DNA of 64,000 nucleotides from Candidatus Jordarchaeia archaeon (lineage in GTDB: Archaea > Asgardarchaeota > Jordiarchaeia > Jordiarchaeales > Jordiarchaeaceae): NCBI GenBank assembly GCA_029856435.1, contig JAHQXB010000063.1, positions 7,609 through 71,608 on the forward strand, read 5' to 3'. Both the position numbers and the translations under genes were made by a program. Position 1 is the first letter of the stretch. Each line of letters opens with the position of its first letter. Below the pieces are notes generated by a model. That model was not told the origin of the DNA, made no database searches, and saw only the letters and a program-made list of their open reading frames with translations. This document shows, one piece after another, positions 16,639 to 25,769 of the stretch.

Positions 16639-18357
16639 TTAGAAGTCGGCGGAGAAGGGGCGTTCTCCATCTTTGAATTCAGGTATTGTATTCCACGCTT
16701 CATGAATTACCAGTATGGAGGAGGGGTTAATTATTCGATTTGCTTGGTCTATCGCCTCGCGTAAGTTATTCACATTGATGATGGGAAGTCTGCCAATATT
16801 TTTTAAGATCTTCCCAGAAACAAGTATGAGGTTCCTTCCCTCAAATTCTAGGATATTTCTTATCAGAAGGATCTTCGGGTCTTTATAGACCATATCAAGA
16901 AATTCATGATATTTAAGAGCCATAGCTTCTCCTAGCTTTCTTGAATCTTTACGGTCCAAGTCTGCAATCAGTACAGTTAAGCCGTGGGGGTTGAGGAGGT
17001 GTTTTATTGCCCCTATTGATTGTAAACTTGAATAAAAGTCTTGATCGTAGGGTTTTCCTGGTGCTAATATTACCATTTCTACTCTACCATCTACTTTGGT
17101 TGCAAAGAGTCTTCTTGATATTTCTATTCCTTTGGAGTAAGCGTCTTCGGGGTTTCCAGCAACTAAATCTACGATGTTACCTTCACCATCAACAATGGTG
17201 TTTATTATAAAGTCAATGCTGCAAAGTGGAGCTACACTTTGTGAATCTCTATGCACTGGATTTTTCTCAGTAAAGCCTATTCTGCTGTTCAAAAGCATCC
17301 CCCTGACTTGGTTGCACACAATTGCCTCTGCCCCAGCGACTCCAGGTAAGATTGTTTGGTAACCCCCTGTAAATCCAGAGTAAGGATGGGGATGTATGGA
17401 TCCAATGGTTATGCGGTAATCGGCATCCATCACTTTTGTGTTTATCTTAAGTCTGGCTCCAGAGAGTGTTCTACCAACTTCCGTTAGGTTATCTTCGTCC
17501 AAGGAGTCGTGAAAAGTAACATTGTAATTCTCCAAAATGTTACTCCCCAAAATCCTACTTATCGACTTGTTTGAGTTTGGCTTGTTTAGTCCACAGGCCA
17601 CTACTATGTTAATTTGAGGTATTTGTGCTTTTTTTAGGTCATTAAGAACCAGTTTGAGGATGTCGCTTGTAGTGGGGAGAGAATCATAGTCTATGATTAT
17701 AGCGACATTTTGTGCACCAGAAACCTCCCTTACCAGTGAATCAGTTCCCAGTGGTTCGTTTAAAATATTGTCAATAGAGTTTATTGAAAATTTTTTATGG
17801 GTGATTTTTGGGGGCTCTATAACACCGCTTAGAATCTGTTTTGGTATTTTTGCAAACTCCGACCGGCCCCTGCATCTTAATGAAACAATTATTTTATTCT
17901 TGTTTTCTTCCCTTCTGATTTTCTCCTTTTTAAACCAAACCAATTTATCATGCACAATACCCTTAGCAAGACCGTACTGTTCCAATAAGGGATGATTAAC
18001 ATTATAAATGAAAGCAGGTTTGTCTAAGTCATCGAAACCCATACCGAGCTCTTCACCGCACAGTATGGAATTTTGGAGCAGGTCAAAAAGCGCCCCTTTG
18101 TACTTTTCACGCCTCTCCTCTTCGCCATCAATTTTTGACAGATTGTCCAGAATTGCAAAGGCATTAAGGCCCAACCATTTAACATTAAACCCCCTTAAAA
18201 CCTCGGGATGCTTCTCTACCACCTTTTCAACACAAGATTTGAATCTAGAGCTGGCGTTGGATGTATACACCATCTCTACGGCGCTCATTAACTCGCTGAA
18301 GAGCATCACTGATACTATGACTACCCTATCCAATGCAACCTTAGCCTCCTTTTTCAT
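16639..18357 (-). CDS. LarA-like (DUF2088) domain protein with a ~190-aa N-terminal extension
   Basis: 572-aa ORF. The central and C-terminal region resembles the lactate racemase N-terminal domain family (IIIDYDSLPTT..., VVACGLNKP, GSIHPHPYSGFTGGYQTILPGVAG). Confidence 0.55.
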   Translation of the reverse strand: MKKEAKVALDRVVIVSVMLFSELMSAVEMVYTSNASSRFKSCVEKVVEKHPEVLRGFNVKWLGLNAFAILDNLSKIDGEEERREKYKGALFDLLQNSILCGEELGMGFDDLDKPAFIYNVNHPLLEQYGLAKGIVHDKLVWFKKEKIRREENKNKIIVSLRCRGRSEFAKIPKQILSGVIEPPKITHKKFSINSIDNILNEPLGTDSLVREVSGAQNVAIIIDYDSLPTTSDILKLVLNDLKKAQIPQINIVVACGLNKPNSNKSISRILGSNILENYNVTFHDSLDEDNLTEVGRTLSGARLKINTKVMDADYRITIGSIHPHPYSGFTGGYQTILPGVAGAEAIVCNQVRGMLLNSRIGFTEKNPVHRDSQSVAPLCSIDFIINTIVDGEGNIVDLVAGNPEDAYSKGIEISRRLFATKVDGRVEMVILAPGKPYDQDFYSSLQSIGAIKHLLNPHGLTVLIADLDRKDSRKLGEAMALKYHEFLDMVYKDPKILLIRNILEFEGRNLILVSGKILKNIGRLPIINVNNLREAIDQANRIINPSSILVIHEAWNTIPEFKDGERPFSADF

Positions 18358-18788
18358 TCTCTGTCAAAATAACCAGCTCAGACTCATTTGATAGAAATGC
18401 ACAGTTATATTACCCTATAAATCGCTTGAGGATAATATTAACAATAATTGGGGGTAAATGTGTTTCGCATCATAATCAGACCAGAAGTCTCATTACGATG
18501 CTGATGGGTATTCACTTTCTGGAATTCAAACTTGTACGAAAGAAGTATTCGTATTTTGAGAAATTAAATATTTAGGTGATTTTAAACGAATTAAGTAAAC
18601 AAAAAAGATGTACAAATTAAATACCCGCAGCTGTTTACCAACTAGAAATTTAAACATAAAAAGGATTATTCCAACTATTTTCCAAGGCGAAATATTATAA
18701 ACGAAAAGGGAGCAATATTAAAAGTGAAAACGGTACAGATTCAGAATCACGTTAGGCTCACAACAAAAAGTGCAGGAGACGAACTGGT

Positions 18789-19307
18789 ATGGGTGAGGAA
18801 CCCCGGGTTGTTAAAATTTTGGTCACAGGACCTTACTCCTCTGGAAAAAGTACAGTGGTCAGCAAACTCTGCAAAGATGCAGTAAGCATAGATGCGCTTC
18901 AGACAACTGTTGGTTTTGATTTTGGTTCCAGATACGAGGAAGTCAATTTTTTGGATTTGAAGATTTTTGGAACGCCCGGACAAGAGAGGTTCAAATTTTT
19001 ACAAGAGATTTTAGCTAAGGGGAGTGCGGGTATTTTGTTAGTGGTGGATAGTACTTCTCCTGAAAATGTGGATTTAGCGAAAAATATTCTAGTGAGGATA
19101 AGGAAGGAGCTTTCAAAGAAGGTACCTGTTGTTATTCTTGCTAACAAACAGGATTTGGTAGGGGCCTTAAGCCCCGAGGAAGTTAGAAAAAAGATGGGAG
19201 TTTCGCGCAATGTCCCAGTCATAGGCACCGTGGCTCCAGAATCCATTGGTCTAAAAGAAGCTATTACAACTTTAATCAAACTAATGTTAAAGGCGGAAAA
19301 ACAGTAG
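18789..19307 (+). CDS. Small Ras-superfamily GTPase (MglA/Arf-like)
   Basis: G1 is GPYSSGKST, the switch I Thr lies in LQTTVGF, G3 is GTPGQERF and G4 is ANKQDL. 172 aa. Confidence 0.8.
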   Translation: MGEEPRVVKILVTGPYSSGKSTVVSKLCKDAVSIDALQTTVGFDFGSRYEEVNFLDLKIFGTPGQERFKFLQEILAKGSAGILLVVDSTSPENVDLAKNILVRIRKELSKKVPVVILANKQDLVGALSPEEVRKKMGVSRNVPVIGTVAPESIGLKEAITTLIKLMLKAEKQ

Positions 19308-19385
19308 ACGTAAATTAGAACTATTACTTAACTGTAAATTTGTTTTATGATGGTTTTTATTGTGTAATTCTACTGTTTTTGGATT

Positions 19386-20084
19386 CTATATTGCGGGTTT
19401 TCCACATTTTTTGCAGTACCTTGCTTTTGGGGGCAATCTTGATCCACAGTATATGCAGAAGGAAAATTCGTCGTCGTTTTCTGAGAATAGTGTGGTGCTC
19501 CCATAGTTTTGTGGATAGTTTGATTCGTTTTGATTCATTTCTTCAGAGTGGTTAAAAATGTCAGATATGGATTCTGTGGTGTGGCTTCCTTTTTCTTTGG
19601 GAGCGGGTGGGATTGAGTTGTGCTCGGTGTTTTCTGCATTTTCGAATAGGTCTGACGCTGTGATTGGTTTATTGCGGTAGGGGTATGGTTTGGCGGATTC
19701 TTTGGGTTCGCAGTATCGAGGCCCGAGGTTATTAATGTCCAGACCTTTTGAGTATTCTATGAATTTATTGTGCAAGTATGTTTTTAATCGAAAATAGTCT
19801 TCTTTAGATAAGCCCAGTAGTTCAAGTGCTCTATCTCTGTTTTCGCATGGTTTTTCTAAGCTGCAGCAGTAGGCTAAGCTACCATAACAGGTGGTTGCCA
19901 TTGCTTGTTCTTGTGGACTTTTAAATATGGGGGGTATGCGGGCACCACCAATTATTAGGACGCTCCCCTCTTCTACCTTTATGTCTGCGAAGCCTTCTGT
20001 TATTAGAGCTTGTAAAACTTGGTTTGCAGGGTAGACTCTGCCACCAATAACGATGAACCCCTCAGCCTTAGGCGCCCTTTCCAT
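19386..20084 (-). CDS. Hypothetical protein with a C-terminal zinc ribbon
   Basis: 232-aa ORF. The C-terminus is CIYCGSRLPPKARYCKKCG. The N-terminal domain is unrecognised. Confidence 0.4.
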   Translation of the reverse strand: MERAPKAEGFIVIGGRVYPANQVLQALITEGFADIKVEEGSVLIIGGARIPPIFKSPQEQAMATTCYGSLAYCCSLEKPCENRDRALELLGLSKEDYFRLKTYLHNKFIEYSKGLDINNLGPRYCEPKESAKPYPYRNKPITASDLFENAENTEHNSIPPAPKEKGSHTTESISDIFNHSEEMNQNESNYPQNYGSTTLFSENDDEFSFCIYCGSRLPPKARYCKKCGKPAI

Positions 20085-20256
20085 GCGTATCCATCCAGAG
20101 TTTAAAAGTATATTTGAAAACAGCTGTTTTAAGCAGTATTAACATTTTTACGCTTCAAATAGCGGTTCTTAAAATATTTTTTAATGTCCATATTAATAAT
20201 TGTAAATATTTTCCACGTATATTGGTTTAGCTAGTTTTTAATTAAAGGCTAGATGT

Positions 20257-20787
20257 TCATCCGCAAGGTGCTTCGGAGAGAATTATTTCTTCCCTTTTTT
20301 TAGATGTTTTCCTTTTTCTGACCATATTTCTGTTATTAATTTTTTCAGTTTTTCCCGATGGGCAGTTGTGCTTTTCGGGTAGTCTATGTTCGGCGCAGTA
20401 GTATCCGCCGCAGCGTTTACATTTGAAGGTTAAGGGAGTTATGGCCAAGCAGTAGTTGCAAGTTCCGCTGGCATATCCTAAGCGTGTCACCGTTATTTCT
20501 TCGAATTTCACCTTTTTGCCTAAGAGGAGGTATAGTCTTATTAAGATTTTTTTTGCTATTTCTTCGCACTCCTCTTTAGAAATACGCTCTTCTGGAATTA
20601 TTATGTTTATTTTATCTCCGTCCACGATGAGAGTGAGGTCTACAATTCGTCCATTGTGTTCTATGCTTCCCCGGGCAATATTTTGGCCAATAATACTTAA
20701 AGCCATTTCTGAGGTTAATCTCCGGAAGATTACTTGATTTAAGCCATTAATTAGCGCCTGAAAAATTTGATTACTCATACTTTTCAC
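20257..20787 (-). CDS. AN1-type zinc finger protein
   Basis: The C-terminus CNYCLAITPLTFKCKRCGGYYCAEHRLPEKHNC fits the AN1 pattern C-x2-C-x9-12-C-x2-C-x4-C-x2-H-x5-H-x-C. Confidence 0.7.
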   Translation of the reverse strand: MKSMSNQIFQALINGLNQVIFRRLTSEMALSIIGQNIARGSIEHNGRIVDLTLIVDGDKINIIIPEERISKEECEEIAKKILIRLYLLLGKKVKFEEITVTRLGYASGTCNYCLAITPLTFKCKRCGGYYCAEHRLPEKHNCPSGKTEKINNRNMVRKRKTSKKREEIILSEAPCG

Positions 20788-21046
20788 CCAAATTTAGCTC
20801 TTTGAAATAAAAGAGCCACTTAAAGTTTATTAAGTAATCCCAAAAAAATATATCCTGACGCTTACGCAAAAATAAATTCTAGCTATTGGATTTTAGTTAA
20901 ATATTTTATTTACTTGTGTTAACATATGTTTTTTCGGGGTACTAATTTACACTAGTTGGGCTTTTTTTATGCCCACATCAAAAGTTTTAATATGTTAGGT
21001 TAGTAGATATTCTGTAGAGAAAAAGTGAAAGGGGCTGTTAAAAGCG

Positions 21047-21841
21047 TTGTCCAGCAGCAATTTTGAACTAACCCTGGCACGGGAAACTCAACTAATGTAT
21101 CAGAGAACTCGCGGTTTTGAGCCAGTTAAAGGCGATCTTACCCGTTGGAGAGGCGAAATCGCCGGTAGAGGCGAATTCCGAGGACTTAAATTTGAGGTGG
21201 AAATTAGGGTTCCTCCCACATTCCCAATAGATCCTCCTCAAGTGTACATGATTTCTCCCACTGAGCACCCTAATGTAGATATTGAAACGGGAAGAGTTCA
21301 ACTGAATATTTTGGAGCACTGGAGACCGGAATACCACCTTTATCATGTAGTAAACACCTTGAAGGGTGCTTTTGCGAGGATCCCTCCACGTCCAGCAACA
21401 AGTCGAGTTAGATTTGGAAAAGAGGCTCCTAAGGTGACTTTAACACTGGTTGGGAAAGAGGATAAGACCGAGGAGGGAGAAGTAACTAGCTCTGAGGCCG
21501 CTTCAGAATTATCTGAGGGTGAGTCGGAAATCCAGAAACTTAGACGCTTGCTCCAGGAACGCGAGGAAGAAATAGCCATGCTACGTGGCAGATTGTCCGC
21601 TCACAATGTACCAGAAGTGGCTCAGGAGAGCGAGTCTACGTCTCTTCCTGGGGATCCCGCGTTTCGTGAAGTTCTGGATGTTGAGAGCGAGAAAATAGCT
21701 ATTGAGGACTTGATCAGGACACTTGAAGAAAAATTTGAAGCGGGGGAAGTAGGTCCAACCGAGTATGCTAAGCTATATAAGAGGTATAAGAAACAGCTGT
21801 ACATAGTAAACAAGAGACTGGAGAAGCTTTCGGCTAGGTAA
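21047..21841 (+). CDS. ESCRT-I Vps23/Tsg101-like protein: UEV (catalytically inactive E2 variant) domain plus coiled-coil stalk
   Basis: TTG start. A UBC fold with HPNV, but the active-site Cys position reads GRVQLNIL (no Cys). An acidic linker and a long coiled coil follow. It sits directly upstream of the Vps28-like gene. Confidence 0.7.
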   Translation: MSSSNFELTLARETQLMYQRTRGFEPVKGDLTRWRGEIAGRGEFRGLKFEVEIRVPPTFPIDPPQVYMISPTEHPNVDIETGRVQLNILEHWRPEYHLYHVVNTLKGAFARIPPRPATSRVRFGKEAPKVTLTLVGKEDKTEEGEVTSSEAASELSEGESEIQKLRRLLQEREEEIAMLRGRLSAHNVPEVAQESESTSLPGDPAFREVLDVESEKIAIEDLIRTLEEKFEAGEVGPTEYAKLYKRYKKQLYIVNKRLEKLSAR

Positions 21842-21864
21842 TCCGCGAGGATGGAGGATAAAAA

Positions 21865-22533
21865 ATGAAGACTGCAGAAAAATCTAGAGGGAAACAATCG
21901 AAGAACGATTTGGAAGAACATTTGGAATTAGAGGCGGAACTGTACTCTTGCATAGCTACTCTGGATATGCTGGGTAAAAATTATGATAATGGTTTAATTG
22001 ATGCCTCCACCTACAGCCGCCAAATGAGAGCCTACATCCAAAAAATTATCGACGTACGTAAAAAATTGGAAGAAAAAGGTTTTGATCTAACCAAGTTTAT
22101 AGAGCAAGAAAAAATCATAGAAAATTATCCCAACGCTGCGGTGAAGCTAAGAATTGTTAAATCCGATGAAACTGTTATGAGACCAGAGGAAGAGATACCC
22201 TTAGAAATAGTTAAGTTCTCACCAGCAAAATTAGCCACGGAAACAGCTGACCTTGTAACAAACTTCATCACATTAATAGACTGCGTCCAATTAGGAGACT
22301 ATGCCCGGGTGGATAACATAGTTCCCATAATGGATGACATAATACTCCTCATGGAAAACTACACAGGACTGAATGACAAGAACTACTGGGTTTACAAAGA
22401 GATAACCGCTTGGCGTGACAAACTCAAAAACGAGCCTCCAGACCTTGTGATTGACTCCGAAGACGCAAAAAAAATAGAGTACGACGCAGTAAGGTGGTTT
22501 AAAGACTTCCGCCAAAGAATAAGACAATTATAG
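21865..22533 (+). CDS. ESCRT-I Vps28-like protein
   Basis: The N-terminal region AELYSCIATLDMLGKNYDNGLIDASTYSRQMRAYIQK resembles the Vps28 core motif (LYAII.T.E.LEKAY.RD.I...EY) recalled from eukaryotic Vps28. The C-terminal half is helical. Confidence 0.65.
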   Translation: MKTAEKSRGKQSKNDLEEHLELEAELYSCIATLDMLGKNYDNGLIDASTYSRQMRAYIQKIIDVRKKLEEKGFDLTKFIEQEKIIENYPNAAVKLRIVKSDETVMRPEEEIPLEIVKFSPAKLATETADLVTNFITLIDCVQLGDYARVDNIVPIMDDIILLMENYTGLNDKNYWVYKEITAWRDKLKNEPPDLVIDSEDAKKIEYDAVRWFKDFRQRIRQL

Positions 22534-22551
22534 AAGAGGAGCCATAAAAAG

Positions 22552-23286
22552 ATGGGAATACGGGAATTACGCGACCGGATGGAGAAAAAAAAGTACATGC
22601 AAAAAAAGGCCACAGAATTCAAATTGGAGGAAATAAAAAGCGATTTGGAAACCGCAACAGAAACAAAAGAGAAACTGGAAGAAATCGCTAGAAAATATGG
22701 AGTCATCATAGCTACCAGTCCCAAACTACAGGATGAAATTGAAAGAATCAGAAAACAGTACGGAATACCCAACGAATCCATAATCACCCAAATAATTTCC
22801 GAAGAAGAAGTACTTAAAAGGGGAACAATGGGAATAGGAACAAAAATCGACCACGAAAAACTGGGAATGCTACTCTATCAAAGAGCCCTGCTTAAACGCA
22901 AAGAAAACGGAGGAATAATGACCTTCGCAGAAGCCTACCTACTAACAAACACGGGGAAACTCGCCCAAAAACTTGAAAACAAAGACATTGAAAAAGCAGT
23001 AAAAATACTTGAGAAAAACAAACTCATACCAGGAATACGCCAACTGAAAAGCGGAGTAAAAATAATAAGCTTCTTCCCCATAGAACTAACCGACGACCAA
23101 AACGAAGTACTAAGCATAGCAAGTAGAAGCGGAAGCGTCACCCTAGAAGAAATAATGCTAAAAACAGGTTGGACAAAAACCCGCGCACAAAGCGTACTAC
23201 AAACCCTAGAAGAAGAAGGAATAACCAGAAAAGACAAAAGCTACGCCCACGGAGAAAAATACTACTTCCCAGGATTCGTGCACTAA
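22552..23286 (+). CDS. ESCRT-II EAP30-family (Vps22/Vps36-like) protein with tandem winged helices
   Basis: An N-terminal basic helix, then GGIMTFAEAYLL... and a second wH (SGSVTLEEIMLKTGWTKTRAQSVLQTLEEEGI). It lies in a string with the Vps23-like and Vps28-like genes. Confidence 0.6.
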   Translation: MGIRELRDRMEKKKYMQKKATEFKLEEIKSDLETATETKEKLEEIARKYGVIIATSPKLQDEIERIRKQYGIPNESIITQIISEEEVLKRGTMGIGTKIDHEKLGMLLYQRALLKRKENGGIMTFAEAYLLTNTGKLAQKLENKDIEKAVKILEKNKLIPGIRQLKSGVKIISFFPIELTDDQNEVLSIASRSGSVTLEEIMLKTGWTKTRAQSVLQTLEEEGITRKDKSYAHGEKYYFPGFVH

Positions 23287-23457
23287 AACTACTACAATCC
23301 CAGAAGAGCCCTTCACAAAATCCTCTCTTTTCCCGAACGTCACAGCTGCCTTCTGGCTGGTTTTACTTTTAACACCTTCCCCCTTTTTGAAACATTTAAG
23401 GACACTTGAAGTAGAACAAGAATTTAAAAAAAAGGGAGGAAAAGGGAATTTTCCGCA

Positions 23458-25188
23458 CTACTCAGGCGGAATTTCGGCGTATATAGTAGCCATATCTATG
23501 CCTACTCTCTTGTTGTGGGCATAGTATGCCGCGAAGATTAAACCGCCCAGGCCGAATACGAACACGTTGAGCAAGAATCCTTGCAGAGCCAGTGCTCTTA
23601 TAGCTGCAAATATTACGAAAGTTGTGCCGAAGAACGCTATAACACCAGCAATGGTAATGACCGGTACGCGGCCCACTTGCCACTTGAATCCTCTCTCATA
23701 GATTTCGGGCTTAATGTAGGGGAACAGTATTGCTGCCATGGATCCAAACCAGAGCATAGTTGTATCCATAACCACAGTATCGAAGGCCGCCATGAAGATG
23801 TCAAGTGATGAGAGCAGAACACCTGCAACGGCAACTATGGCTACTAGTGTGGTTGCCCAAACTGGGCTGTGCCATCTCTCACTAACCTCAGCGAACTTCA
23901 CTGGGAATGTTCTGTCGAATGACCATGCGAAGGTGGTTCTGGCAGCGGTGATGAGGAATGGTGGAATGTCGTTCATCAACCATAGGGCGCCCGCTATGGC
24001 AATTAGGAATGCGATGGGCCCTGAAGCATATGGAACTTGCAGTGTCGCGTAGAATGGCAACTGAGTTCCTATAGGAGCCGGCCAACTGGGAAGGGCCCAT
24101 GGAGGTATCATCGCCAAGTACATTGAGAGGTTGTCACCCCACACAGCTTGCAGGGCAGCGTATAGACCCGCATATTCAGGGTTCATTGTGAGGGCCCATG
24201 TGATGTCACTCTGAGCTCCTGCTGCGACAACGTACACGTTTGCGAAAAGCCCGCTAGTGTTTAGCGCCAGGAAGCTGATTCCAATGTAGTATGCTGCAAT
24301 TATTAGGGTACCGTAGATTACGGATATTATCATGTTTCTGTTGGGTTCCTTCATCTCGCCACCCACGAATGTGGATGCGGTGAACCCGATGTAAGCCCAA
24401 GTGAGCAGTGCTACTGCGCTAACGGTGTCATCCATTGGTGTGGTGGCAAGGATACCGTTCCAATAATGCAACATGGCTGCTTCAAAGTAGTTGTTGAATA
24501 GTCGGGTAAGGGCGTTGTCCAGCCCTCCACTTGTAATGAAGTCTATGGGGTTGGAGTAGGCTAGGGCGTAGTTGACCATGGCGTTGGCTGTGTTTCCAGT
24601 TATCAGGTAGAATATTGTGAAGAGGCTTCCTATTGCTGAGATGATGAGCATGGCGTTTAGTACTTTTCCAAAGATGTTTAGTCCAGCTACTGTGACTATG
24701 TAGAAGACTATCACCATGATTATTCCTACTATGATGCCAGCTTCTTTTGACTGCATCCAGGTTCCTATTTGGAACAGTCCATCTGTGGGGACTCGTCCAA
24801 TGACTTGGAGTCCGAAGCCCAAGAAGGCTGTGTCTAGAAACGCGATGATGCCGAAGGATAGTGCTACTGATACCCACCAGACCCAGCTGCTTAGGAATCC
24901 TATGAAGGGGCTCATGGTCCGGCTGATATATACGTAGCCGCCGCCGGATCGGGGCATTGCTACTCCGAACAGGGCGAAGACTACTGCAGCAGATATGGCG
25001 GGTATTGCGCCTATGGCGAATGCCAGTGGTACGTTGGCTAAGGGGAGTGTGGCGGGGGTATTTACTGAGTATTTGTTGATTCCTCCGCCGATGACGTTGC
25101 AGAGCACTATGGATAGGGCGGTGAACCATCCAATTTCACGTACTAAACCTGTAGCATCTCTTGCGAAGGTTACCTTTTTTGCTCCCAT
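23458..25188 (-). CDS. APC-superfamily amino acid/polyamine permease
   Basis: 576-aa ORF with 12 or more hydrophobic helices and a typical APC N-terminal motif region (GGGYVYISR). Confidence 0.8.
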   Translation of the reverse strand: MGAKKVTFARDATGLVREIGWFTALSIVLCNVIGGGINKYSVNTPATLPLANVPLAFAIGAIPAISAAVVFALFGVAMPRSGGGYVYISRTMSPFIGFLSSWVWWVSVALSFGIIAFLDTAFLGFGLQVIGRVPTDGLFQIGTWMQSKEAGIIVGIIMVIVFYIVTVAGLNIFGKVLNAMLIISAIGSLFTIFYLITGNTANAMVNYALAYSNPIDFITSGGLDNALTRLFNNYFEAAMLHYWNGILATTPMDDTVSAVALLTWAYIGFTASTFVGGEMKEPNRNMIISVIYGTLIIAAYYIGISFLALNTSGLFANVYVVAAGAQSDITWALTMNPEYAGLYAALQAVWGDNLSMYLAMIPPWALPSWPAPIGTQLPFYATLQVPYASGPIAFLIAIAGALWLMNDIPPFLITAARTTFAWSFDRTFPVKFAEVSERWHSPVWATTLVAIVAVAGVLLSSLDIFMAAFDTVVMDTTMLWFGSMAAILFPYIKPEIYERGFKWQVGRVPVITIAGVIAFFGTTFVIFAAIRALALQGFLLNVFVFGLGGLIFAAYYAHNKRVGIDMATIYAEIPPE

Positions 25189-25769
25189 TTTTTAAGTCCT
25201 CCTTCCTAAGTTGGACTTTCTTCTAAAATTTTTGTTTCACTTATATAAGATTATCTATTTACAATTGTATAGTATTACGACAAACGCCGAAGCGAACCAA
25301 GAAAGGGAGAGTATGGCTTTAGCCAAGGGGAATTAAGAATATTCAAAAAAATTTTTTATTGATATTAGAAATTAAGTCAAAAAAGGTGATTTAACTAATA
25401 ATATGAGAATAAGCCTTGTTAGCGGGGAAAATATATAAAAAATTATTATTTTAAATTATTTTTATATATATTAATAATTGAATAACTATTTTTATTTGAA
25501 AAAATATAAATATTAAGTCAAAATTGTCAAAAAAATTCAAAAGAGGGACAGAAGCGATTTAACCAACGAAAATTGTCGTAAGAATTCTGTTTAATTGACA
25601 AAACCGTTAAAAGAAAAAACCAAACATATAATTTAATGGTTTAAACAAATAACTTTTAAAGATAAACAAAAGCACGTATATAAAAGCCAACTAAACGCCC
25701 CCAAAAAAGCCCTAAAACGCGAAAAAGAAAAGATTCATCCCCAGAAAAGGGAAAAGCAACGTAGAAACA

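Noticed and set aside
23462-25195. Multiple ORFs overlapping the APC permease gene in other frames or on the other strand (for example 24482-25129, 23738-24052 and 23888-24100)
   Set aside because: They have R/H/P/S-rich or low-complexity translations typical of off-frame reading of a membrane-protein gene. The 576-aa permease ORF explains the region.
25189-25769. A possible CRISPR array or tandem repeat array in the AT-rich spacer
   Set aside because: There are no regularly spaced direct repeats of 24-40 nt, only short A/T-rich words.
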